From Pseudomonadota bacterium (lineage in GTDB: Bacteria; Pseudomonadota; Gammaproteobacteria; Burkholderiales; JABEVD01), in assembly GCA_021802545.1 (NCBI GenBank), contig JAJZRS010000010.1:6801-70800 (forward strand): DNA of 64,000 bases. The letters run 5' to 3'. Shown in pieces: positions 40,871 through 48,392 of the stretch. The notes under the pieces were generated by a model. The model was given only the letters and a program-made list of their open reading frames with translations, did not search any database and was not told the DNA's origin. Made by a program: the position numbers and the translations under genes. Each line of letters starts with the position of its first letter. Position 1 is the first letter of the stretch.

Positions 40871-41947
40871 TCAGAAGCGGATGTGCGTCGAAGCGTTCAG
40901 GTTGGCGCGCGAGCCTCTCCAGTCGTCCACCAGGTACTTGGTGAAAGGCAGGTCGGTCTTTTCGAAGAAGCGCGGCCAGCCGATGCGATCGATCCAGTCC
41001 GAAAGCCTCTCCCAGGGCCTGGCGTCGTCCTTGTAGACGTGCAGGATATTCTTCACGACCTCAGCCACTTCGGTCCAGCGCGGCGGATTGTTGGGAAGAC
41101 CCGAGGCCACCATCTTCATGAAGGTCGGCTTTGCCCTCGCGTTCGAATTCTTTCCGCCCACCCAGATCGCGATCTTGGAATATTCCGGATCGTTGATCTG
41201 CATCGGGGGGCAGGGAGGATAGCACGCGCCGCAGCACACGCATTTCGTTTCGTCGACTTCCAGCGAAGGCTTGCCGTTGACGAGCGCAGGCCTGATCGCA
41301 GCGACCGGACAACGGGCGACCACGGCGGGACGCTCGCACACGTTGGCGACGAGATCGTGATTGATCTTCGGCGGCTTGGTGTGCTGGACGATGATCGCGA
41401 TGTCGGCCTGGCCACCGCAGTTGATCTCGCAGCAGGAGGTCGAAAGATGAACGCGATTGGGCATTTCCTCGCGCTTGAACTCGACGATCAGTTCGTCCAT
41501 CAAGGACTTCACCACGCCGGACGCGTCCGTTCCGGGAATGTCGCAATGCAGCCATCCCTGGGTATGGGCGATCATGGAAACGGAATTTCCCGTTCCGCCC
41601 ACGGGGAAGCCGTTCGCCTCGAGCTCGGAAATGAGCGGCGCAACCTTGGACTCGTCGGACACCATGAACTCGATGTTCGAGCGGATGGTGAAGCGGACAT
41701 GCCCTTCTGCGAACTTGTCTGCGATTTCGCAAAGCTTCCTGATCGTGTAGACGTCCATCTGGCGCTGCGTGCCTGCGCGAACCGACCAGACCTGATCCCC
41801 GCTGTAGGAAACATGGTGCAACACGCCAGGACGGGGACGATCATGGTACTTCCAGTTGCCGTAGTTCTTGAGCAGCGTGGGATGCATGAACTGCTTGTTG
41901 TCGGGAACGCCACTCTCGACAGGACGGCGCAATTGTGCTTGTGACAT
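40871..41947 (-). CDS. dsrB: Reverse-type dissimilatory sulfite reductase beta subunit
   Basis: 358-aa ORF. Sirohaem/FeS motifs (CCEINCGGQ, CVCCGACYPPCP). Follows dsrA. Confidence 0.95.
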   Translation of the reverse strand: MSQAQLRRPVESGVPDNKQFMHPTLLKNYGNWKYHDRPRPGVLHHVSYSGDQVWSVRAGTQRQMDVYTIRKLCEIADKFAEGHVRFTIRSNIEFMVSDESKVAPLISELEANGFPVGGTGNSVSMIAHTQGWLHCDIPGTDASGVVKSLMDELIVEFKREEMPNRVHLSTSCCEINCGGQADIAIIVQHTKPPKINHDLVANVCERPAVVARCPVAAIRPALVNGKPSLEVDETKCVCCGACYPPCPPMQINDPEYSKIAIWVGGKNSNARAKPTFMKMVASGLPNNPPRWTEVAEVVKNILHVYKDDARPWERLSDWIDRIGWPRFFEKTDLPFTKYLVDDWRGSRANLNASTHIRF

Positions 41948-41959
41948 ACTCTATTCTCC

Positions 41960-43255
41960 TCAGGCAGCCTGCTTCTTGGCTTTGATTTTCGCCACTTCCT
42001 CGTCCCATCCGTCAGTTCTGACATAGGGATTCATCCGCGGGTTCGATACCATGTTCGGATCGACATCGATTCCCATTGCGTCAAGGAAGTTGACCAGACC
42101 GATACGCTCGATCATCTCGCCGGTACGCTCGTGCTCGAGTGCATTCTCGGCAAAGAAATCGATGATGCGCTGACCGAGATCGACGAGCTCGTCCATGGCC
42201 TCGTCAGTATCAAGCTTCATGAAAGGAATGACCACGGTACCCATCAGGTCGCCGATCTTCAGCGTGCGCTTTCCGCCCACCAGAACCGTAGCGCCCTTGT
42301 CTTGGCCCGGGGACAGCGCGCCGGTCATGACATTGATGCAATGCATGCAGCGCACGCAGTCGTGGTTGTCGATCTCGACGGCATGGGTGTCGCTGATGGC
42401 AACGCTGGAAATATGCTCGTCTTTCTTCACATCCTTGATTTCCTTCAGCTGGAAGGCCTTGGTCGGACAGCGGGCAACGACGTCGTTGACGAGCTCGTTC
42501 ATGCCGTGCTTGGCGAACCACTTCTTGGCCAGCGCTTCGTCGGTCCTGATGTTGTCGCGCCAGGTTCCGATGACGGCCATGTCTGCACGCTGAATCGAGT
42601 TCATGCAGTCATTGGGGCAGCCGGAAAACTTGAACTTGAACTTGTAGGGCAGCGAAGGACGATGGATGTCATCGACGAAAGTGTTGAGCATCAGGCGGTG
42701 AGCCTTTGCTTCATCATAGCAGGACTGCTCGCAGCGGGCCGCGCCGACGCAGGACATGGAAGTGCGCACCGCAGGGCCCGCACCGCCGAGATCGAAACCC
42801 ATCTCGTTGAGCTCGTCGAAAGCGCCCTGGACATTGTCCGTCGTCGCACCCTGGAACATGATGTCGCCCGACTGGCCGTGGAAGGCGATCAGGCCGGAAC
42901 CGTGCCGCTCCCAAATGTCGCACATCTTGCGCAGCACATCGGTGTTGTAATGCATGCCTGCAGGAGGCTGGACGCGCAACGTGTGGAATTCCGCAGCGTC
43001 CTTATAGATGGGTTCTCCGTTCTCGTCCTTGAGTTCGGTAAAACGCGGAATGATGCCGCCGCCGTAACCGAAGACACCGACCGTGCCCCCCTTCCAGTAC
43101 CCTTTCTTGGTCTTGTATGACGTTTCGAGCTGACCCAGCAGGTCAACCGCCATGTCATTGTCTTTCGCCAAACGCTTCAGTCCGGTCACGAAGCTGGGCC
43201 AGGGACCTTTCTCGAGTTCATCGAGATTCGGCGTATCATGCAGTTTCTTAGCCAT
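41960..43255 (-). CDS. dsrA: Reverse-type dissimilatory sulfite reductase alpha subunit
   Basis: 431-aa ORF, MAKKLHDTPNLDELEKGPWPSFV. Cys motifs SMSCVGAARCE, FSGCPNDC and CVRCMHC. Co-occurrence with dsrEFH indicates the oxidative type. Confidence 0.96.
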   Translation of the reverse strand: MAKKLHDTPNLDELEKGPWPSFVTGLKRLAKDNDMAVDLLGQLETSYKTKKGYWKGGTVGVFGYGGGIIPRFTELKDENGEPIYKDAAEFHTLRVQPPAGMHYNTDVLRKMCDIWERHGSGLIAFHGQSGDIMFQGATTDNVQGAFDELNEMGFDLGGAGPAVRTSMSCVGAARCEQSCYDEAKAHRLMLNTFVDDIHRPSLPYKFKFKFSGCPNDCMNSIQRADMAVIGTWRDNIRTDEALAKKWFAKHGMNELVNDVVARCPTKAFQLKEIKDVKKDEHISSVAISDTHAVEIDNHDCVRCMHCINVMTGALSPGQDKGATVLVGGKRTLKIGDLMGTVVIPFMKLDTDEAMDELVDLGQRIIDFFAENALEHERTGEMIERIGLVNFLDAMGIDVDPNMVSNPRMNPYVRTDGWDEEVAKIKAKKQAA

Positions 43256-43382
43256 GAATCCTCCTACACATAAAAAGTTATGGAAAGGTCCTTTCGAACC
43301 GTGGCGATCTTGGCCGCCTGTCTATCTAGACGCTCCGCCAAATGAGGTATATTAGACAAGCCTGATGGTCATGTGTAAACTA

Positions 43383-43452
43383 CCCTTACGGGTTATAACC
43401 CAACCCCCCCCGATTGGCTATAGACTCCAGAGCCTTGCATCGCGCTCAATAT
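43383..43452 (+). promoter_or_regulatory. Conserved tripartite upstream module, copy A (in front of the 43501 operon)
   Basis: CCCTTAC-GGGTTAT (43390-96), N19, GGCTATAGAC (43416-25), N21, CAATAT (43447-52). Same boxes, spacing and orientation as copies B and C. GGGTTATAACCC (43390-43401) is a perfect 12-bp palindrome. Confidence 0.6.
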
Positions 43453-43500
43453 GGATTAATATTTATAGCAGATTTTCCCGATCTTCGCAGGCTTTGAACC

Positions 43501-43716
43501 ATGACGCAAATCAATATGCTGGAGAAATTCAATATACCCCTTGGCGGGCAAGAAATCGAGTTGCAGCAGATCGATTATGCCGAGGGCGGCATGAGTCTTT
43601 TGCGCATACGCATCAGGGAAGGCAAGCGCTTCACCATTTTCGACATTGACCCCGTGACAGCGAAACAGTGGTCGGACGCGATGGGAAAATGGGCGGATTC
43701 GGTCAATGGAAAGTGA
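43501..43716 (+). CDS. Hypothetical 71-aa protein
   Basis: ORF MTQINMLEKFNIPLGGQEIELQQIDYAEGGMSLLRIRIREGKRFTIFDIDPVTAKQWSDAMGKWADSVNGK. Overlaps the next gene by 11 nt. No clear SD and no family recognised. Confidence 0.5.
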   Translation: MTQINMLEKFNIPLGGQEIELQQIDYAEGGMSLLRIRIREGKRFTIFDIDPVTAKQWSDAMGKWADSVNGK

Positions 43717-44299
43717 GATGACGGATATCGTATTTGATATCAAGGGCGATCTCGTCCCCCTTGGCTATCCTTTCCTGCTCTGGGACGAAATCACGAAGAC
43801 GCTGCCCTGGCTGAATGAAGAGGCGCATGCCGGGATACTCCCGCTGAAGGGCGCCGCGAGCAATGAAGGCATGCTGCTTCCGAAACGGACGAAGCTCGCA
43901 ATCAGGATTCCGGAAAAGTTCGCGCAGCAGGCTTTGCCGCTTTCCGGGAAAAGACTGGATATAGAAGGTCACTTCCTCGAGGTCGGCCAAGGAAAAAAAC
44001 GGGCGATCGAGGCCTATCCCACCCTGAAAGCCCATATCGTGGAAAGCGAGAAGATTGAAGCTTCCTTCATGGAAGACGTGGAGCGGGAGCTGGGAGAACT
44101 CGGCATCCTATGCAAATTGATCTGCGGCAAGCGGCAAAGCCTGAAATACGGGAATGAAACCATTTCGGGCTACGGCCTCGTGGTTCACGACCTCAAGCCG
44201 GAAGCCTCGATCAGGCTGCAGCAGGTTGGGCTCGGCAATTTCCGTCGTTTTGGTTGCGGCATTTTCGTTCCGCACAAGACGATAGCCGGATTGGATTGA
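43706..44299 (+). CDS. Orphan Cas6/Cmx6-like RAMP protein
   Basis: 197-aa ORF. C-terminal GLGNFRRFGCG (nt 44228-44260) fits the Cas6 glycine-rich loop G-h-G-x5-G-h-G exactly. The size and the N-terminal DIVFDIKG..LP..Y...LW..I...LPWL pattern recall subtype I-MYXAN Cas6/Cmx6. Confidence 0.6.
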   Translation: MESEMTDIVFDIKGDLVPLGYPFLLWDEITKTLPWLNEEAHAGILPLKGAASNEGMLLPKRTKLAIRIPEKFAQQALPLSGKRLDIEGHFLEVGQGKKRAIEAYPTLKAHIVESEKIEASFMEDVERELGELGILCKLICGKRQSLKYGNETISGYGLVVHDLKPEASIRLQQVGLGNFRRFGCGIFVPHKTIAGLD

Positions 44300-44320
44300 A
44301 GCATTTTTTAGGAGGAAAAG

Positions 44321-44650
44321 ATGACGTATCATATCAACGGTGTCGACTTCGAAACGGACGGTGACGGTTATTTGCTGGAGCCCGATTACAGCAACGAGGC
44401 GGTCGAAGTGATTGCTGCAGCAGAAGGCATCACGCTCACCCCAGAGCACTGGAAGATCATCGACTACATGCGCGAGGAATATCGCGAAAACGGCCATACG
44501 CCCAACTTCAGGAACATGGTGAAGGGCGTCCAGGAATTCTGGCCCGAAGCGGACAGCAAGGCGCTCTATGACCTCTTCCCCATGGGACCGGCAAAGCAAG
44601 GCGCGAAAATCGCCGGCCTGCCCCAACCCTACGGCAAGGGCGGTTACTGA
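44321..44650 (+). CDS. DsrC/TusE-family protein lacking both C-terminal cysteines
   Basis: 109-aa ORF that aligns with dsrC at 39455-39790 (TPEHWKIIDYMREEY vs TEQHWEVIDFLRKYY). It ends AKQGAKIAGLPQPYGKGGY where DsrC has GKQACKVAGLPKPTGCI. Strong SD AGGAGG. Confidence 0.85.
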   Translation: MTYHINGVDFETDGDGYLLEPDYSNEAVEVIAAAEGITLTPEHWKIIDYMREEYRENGHTPNFRNMVKGVQEFWPEADSKALYDLFPMGPAKQGAKIAGLPQPYGKGGY

Positions 44651-44660
44651 GGATATCGTG

Positions 44661-45140
44661 ATGGAAAAATTGATTGCCAATGTCGTACTGAACATGAAGG
44701 GCCTCACCTGCCCCGGCCCGCTTCTCGGCGCAAAAAGGATGGTCGACGACCTCGAGAGCGGCCAGATCCTGCTCCTGATCTCCGACTGCCCCGGTACCCA
44801 GGACGACCTGTTTTCCTGGACCAAGCAGACCGACAACCAGGTTCTGCATACCGAAAAGCAGCCTGACGGCGGCATGGGCTATTACATCATGAAGGGCAAG
44901 GGGCACGAGTACAAAGCCAACGTGCTGCTCGACATCAGGGGCGTGCTATGCCCGGGCCCCATCGTCGAAGCCAAGAAACTCCTGAACGGCATGCAGTCCG
45001 GTGAAATCCTGAAGCTGACCAGCAACTGCCCCGGAATCAGGTCAGACATCGAAGGCTGGGCCAAGGCAACCGGGATGGACATCCTGGAATCGGTCGAAGT
45101 CGGTCCCGGCGAGTACGACTTTTTCATCCGGAAAGGCTGA
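44661..45140 (+). CDS. Tandem TusA-TusA (SirA-like) sulfur-carrier fusion protein
   Basis: 159 aa from the ATG at 44661. Two TusA modules each carry the Cys motif: NMKGLTCPGPLLGAKR and DIRGVLCPGPIVEAKK. Confidence 0.85.
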   Translation: MEKLIANVVLNMKGLTCPGPLLGAKRMVDDLESGQILLLISDCPGTQDDLFSWTKQTDNQVLHTEKQPDGGMGYYIMKGKGHEYKANVLLDIRGVLCPGPIVEAKKLLNGMQSGEILKLTSNCPGIRSDIEGWAKATGMDILESVEVGPGEYDFFIRKG

Positions 45141-45733
45141 TGCGGGTCAAGAGCCGCTGGTTCAAGGCCGACCGGGAAAAAACGCCCAAGGAAATCGCGG
45201 GCGCGGCGTCTTTCATTCTTTGGAAAATCGCCCAGAATGCGCTCAAGAACATGCGCGGCGCGGATTACGAGATCGAAGCGGGGCCGCGCTATTTCGATTA
45301 CCTGAGGGAATTCCTGATCTTCCTGATCCTGGTTGCTGACAGGATCGCCTTTGAAAAGATGGAGAACGAATCGAGGGCGTCCTTTACCCTCGAGCTCGCC
45401 TTGAGGGTCGCCGACAATTTGGCGGAAAACCAGAGCGCCCTCCTCGGCCTGCCTTTTCCCGATTCGAAAAACGCCTTCATCGACAAGTTCAACGAGCGGT
45501 CGGATGTCTACGCGCAGTGCGGCTTCGACGAGAACGGCCCGGATTTTGCCTTCATGCGCTATCTCGGGCTTTGCCTGCTCGAATACTGCGATGAACGGGA
45601 CAGAAGCTGGGTCGTCGATCGCGTCATGCAAATCGATGCGATCGAAGCGGTCGCTACTGTCAAGCGCGCCATGAAGGGACTGCTCGACACCGAGCCGGAA
45701 CATCGTCTGGGCTCCGGTATCGGTCCGGACTGA
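45140..45733 (+). CDS. Hypothetical protein
   Basis: 197-aa ORF whose ATG overlaps the preceding TGA by 1 nt. No family recognised. Confidence 0.55.
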   Translation: MRVKSRWFKADREKTPKEIAGAASFILWKIAQNALKNMRGADYEIEAGPRYFDYLREFLIFLILVADRIAFEKMENESRASFTLELALRVADNLAENQSALLGLPFPDSKNAFIDKFNERSDVYAQCGFDENGPDFAFMRYLGLCLLEYCDERDRSWVVDRVMQIDAIEAVATVKRAMKGLLDTEPEHRLGSGIGPD

Positions 45734-45734
45734 A

Positions 45735-46544
45735 ATGGATTATCCATCCTTCAGGAATAGAAAGTTTCTTGACGCGCCGATTTCTGCCGATGCGCTCATC
45801 GTCGAGGTCAATGATCCGGCCTCATTGACCCGTTCCGAATTATCTGCCATGTCCGAACGGATCGGAAAATGCAACATGGCGATCTACAAAAGCAGGATTG
45901 CCCACCCCGACATGAAGGCTGTCGGGCGCCAGTACGGCCTGGAAAACCTGGATGCCAACTGGCTCGCCGGCGAAGACGGCATTTCCGAAATCAAGATCTC
46001 GGAATCCGGGAAGGGATACATTCCGTATACCAACAAGCCGATCAAGTGGCACACCGACGGCTACTACAATCCGCCAGAGCGCAAAATCCGCGCAATGCTT
46101 CTGCATTGTGCCCAGGATGCCACTGAAGGCGGGGAGAACAGGCTGATGGACCACGAGCTCCTGTATTGCCTCCTGATGGATCAAAATCCAGACCTTGTGC
46201 GCGCCTTGTCACAAGTTGACGCGATGCTCATCCCCGAACGTCAGGATGAGAACGGCATTGCAAGAGCGGCCGAATCCGGACCGGTGTTTTCAAGCGACGG
46301 TGGGTTTCTGCACATGCGCTATACGGCGCGGACCCGATCGATTGCCTGGAAGCAGGATGAAGCCACGCGGGCCGCAGTCTCCGCAATAGAGACCATCCTT
46401 TCATCCCCTTCTCCTTACATGTACACAATAAAGCTGGAGCCCGGCATGGGCATCGTCTGCAACAACGTGCTGCATGACCGCTCGGCTTTCACAGGCAACG
46501 CAAGGTTGCTTTACCGGGCACGCTATTACGACCGCATCAAATAA
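45735..46544 (+). CDS. TauD/TfdA-family Fe(II)/2-oxoglutarate dioxygenase-like protein
   Basis: 269-aa ORF. The HxD in KWHTDGYY, a distal His in NNVLHDRSAF and Arg in LLYRARY fit the facial-triad layout of the family. Confidence 0.7.
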   Translation: MDYPSFRNRKFLDAPISADALIVEVNDPASLTRSELSAMSERIGKCNMAIYKSRIAHPDMKAVGRQYGLENLDANWLAGEDGISEIKISESGKGYIPYTNKPIKWHTDGYYNPPERKIRAMLLHCAQDATEGGENRLMDHELLYCLLMDQNPDLVRALSQVDAMLIPERQDENGIARAAESGPVFSSDGGFLHMRYTARTRSIAWKQDEATRAAVSAIETILSSPSPYMYTIKLEPGMGIVCNNVLHDRSAFTGNARLLYRARYYDRIK

Positions 46545-46546
46545 AA

Positions 46547-46572
46547 GCCCCTCGCCTTTTCAGGCGAGGGGC
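46547..46572. terminator. Hairpin between convergent genes (A-run upstream, so a better terminator for the minus-strand fadL-like gene)
   Basis: GCCCCTCGCC-TTTTCA-GGCGAGGGGC, a 10-bp stem. It is preceded by AATAAAA on the plus strand. Confidence 0.6.
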
Positions 46573-46598
46573 AAAGGGTGTTACAGGTATCTCTGAAC

Positions 46599-47876
46599 TT
46601 ACCAGCCGTAGGAAATGCCGAGCGAATCCTCGGAAAGGGTATTGTTCGCCAGTCCGCCGCCCATGCCTGCAGGCGGGAACCCGGGGGAAATTGAAACATT
46701 GTTTATGCCATTCACGGTGCTGCTGAATGCGTGCATGTAGAACACCGTCACCTCGGATTTGTTCGCCAGTTTCCAGGTCGCGCCGAGGGTCACGTTGTCC
46801 TTCACGACGCCGGGAGCCAAAATGTTGAACAGCGTCTCGGTGGAAGGATAGGGCACGTTGTTGTGTGTCCATCCTGCTCTCACGGTCAGGTTTGAATCGT
46901 ACTGATGGGAGACGCCCAGCTTGTAGACAGTCAGGTTGCCCCAGCCAAAACCTGCGCCCGCGCTTGCACCCAAGGCGCCGGTTGCGCCCAGTCCCAAATT
47001 CGAAATTGGATCAGCTATTGCAGCCACATCACCGTACATGATGCGCTGGATGTCGAATGCGACGGTCGTAGCGGGAGTAGCCTTCACCGAGATGCCCACG
47101 CCGTAGGTCGCAGGAATGTCGAACGAGCCCTGCTGGGCAAAAAGACCGCTGTACTTGCTGAGCTTGCCCATCTTGGTCTTGGTCTGGTAGGTCGCGCCCA
47201 GCGTGACGGTGGGAGAAACCTGACCCATCCAGCCGATGTGCAGTCCGTAGCCGGTGTCGGAATCGGTGCCGGGATTGTTGAATCCATTGGCCGCGGCGGA
47301 AGAAAATCCTGCAAAGGGCTGTATGCCCTTGGCCGAGAAGCGCTGATAGGCGAGGTTCAGCGCAACGCCGATGGAATTGCTTGCATTGAGCTTCTTCGAC
47401 CAGGTCGGCGCAATGAAGAGCTGCTCGAGGTTCACCCCGGCATTGCCAGTCGCACCAAAGCGGGCGTAGGGGTTAGTTGCGTAGTCGGTGTTCATCCCGC
47501 CGTTGCCGTATATGGAGACACCGAGAGAGGAATCCGGCCCCATCATCTTGTTGTAGCCGAAATTGGGGATGAAGAAATTCTGCTTGTCGTTGCCGTCGTA
47601 GGTCGCATTCGCCCCGAACGCATTGCCGATGATCGAAGAACTCCGGCTCGGCCTGAACCATTCGAGGCCGAAATCGATCCTGTCGCCGACCATCACCATG
47701 CCTGCCGGGTTGGTCGCTGCAGCCAGAGCGTCCTGCGGGAGTGCGATCCCCACTCCGCCCATGCCTTCGGACTTCGCGCCATAGCCGTGTGAAAAATAGC
47801 CATTCGTGGCGTAGGCTGCAGGCGCGACAAGGCCGCCAGCAATCAACATCGAAACAAGCAATTTCCTCTTTATCAT
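46599..47876 (-). CDS. FadL/TodX-family outer-membrane transporter for hydrophobic compounds
   Basis: 425-aa ORF. Signal peptide ..VAPAAYA, N-terminal hatch motif NGYFSHGYGAKSEGMGGVG, C-terminal ..GISYGW. Confidence 0.83.
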   Translation of the reverse strand: MIKRKLLVSMLIAGGLVAPAAYATNGYFSHGYGAKSEGMGGVGIALPQDALAAATNPAGMVMVGDRIDFGLEWFRPSRSSSIIGNAFGANATYDGNDKQNFFIPNFGYNKMMGPDSSLGVSIYGNGGMNTDYATNPYARFGATGNAGVNLEQLFIAPTWSKKLNASNSIGVALNLAYQRFSAKGIQPFAGFSSAAANGFNNPGTDSDTGYGLHIGWMGQVSPTVTLGATYQTKTKMGKLSKYSGLFAQQGSFDIPATYGVGISVKATPATTVAFDIQRIMYGDVAAIADPISNLGLGATGALGASAGAGFGWGNLTVYKLGVSHQYDSNLTVRAGWTHNNVPYPSTETLFNILAPGVVKDNVTLGATWKLANKSEVTVFYMHAFSSTVNGINNVSISPGFPPAGMGGGLANNTLSEDSLGISYGW

Positions 47877-47914
47877 GGTGTTGCCCCTCTCTCCTATTAA
47901 TTAGTGGTACAGCT

Positions 47915-48382
47915 TCAAACAAACAGACAGATATCGGTTTCCCCGGCGAATTCCATGAAGGTCGCGGCGCCGCCGAATTCGATCCCTTCGATGAAATCGC
48001 TCTTGTCGAATTCGAAAAGGTCTACGGTCATCTGGCAGGCAACGAACTTGACGTCCGCCTCCAGGCACATGCTCCTCAGCTCCTCGAGGGATGCAACGCC
48101 CTTCTTCTTCAGCTTGTCCTTCATCATCATCGTCGCCATGGATTCCATGCCAGGCAGCATCTGCACGAAAACAGGCATGGGAACAGGCATGGGCATCGCC
48201 GGGTTGGCCAGCGGACTGATCTTGACGTCGGACAGATCCTTTTTCAGGAGCTGAAGTCCGTAGAAGGTGAAGAAAATCTGAACATCGTACCCCAGTGCAG
48301 CTGCAGTGGATCCCAGGATGAACGGGGGATAGGCCATGTCGAGCGTGCCCTTTGTGGCGATGATCGCCATTTTTTTTGTCAT
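47915..48382 (-). CDS. DsrE-family sulfurtransferase-like protein (DsrE3-like)
   Basis: 155-aa ORF, MAIIATKGTLDMAYPPFILGSTAAALG..VKFVACQMTVDLF, with a conserved Cys as in DsrE2/DsrE3-type proteins. Sits 10 nt downstream of tusA. Confidence 0.78.
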   Translation of the reverse strand: MTKKMAIIATKGTLDMAYPPFILGSTAAALGYDVQIFFTFYGLQLLKKDLSDVKISPLANPAMPMPVPMPVFVQMLPGMESMATMMMKDKLKKKGVASLEELRSMCLEADVKFVACQMTVDLFEFDKSDFIEGIEFGGAATFMEFAGETDICLFV

Positions 48383-48392
48383 GTCAGATCCC

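Noticed and set aside
43320-43331. GTCTA-TC-TAGAC palindrome upstream of dsrA, considered as a fourth copy of the shared module.
   Set aside because: It shares only GTCTAT with the 10-mer box. The expected ATAACCC (N18 away) and CTATTA (N21 away) boxes are absent, so it is not the same module. It may still be a separate dsrA operator.
43256-46600. Searched for a CRISPR repeat-spacer array or further cas genes around the Cas6-like gene.
   Set aside because: No regularly spaced direct repeats are visible in the flanking intergenic regions or anywhere else in the window. The only repeats are the promoter-module boxes.
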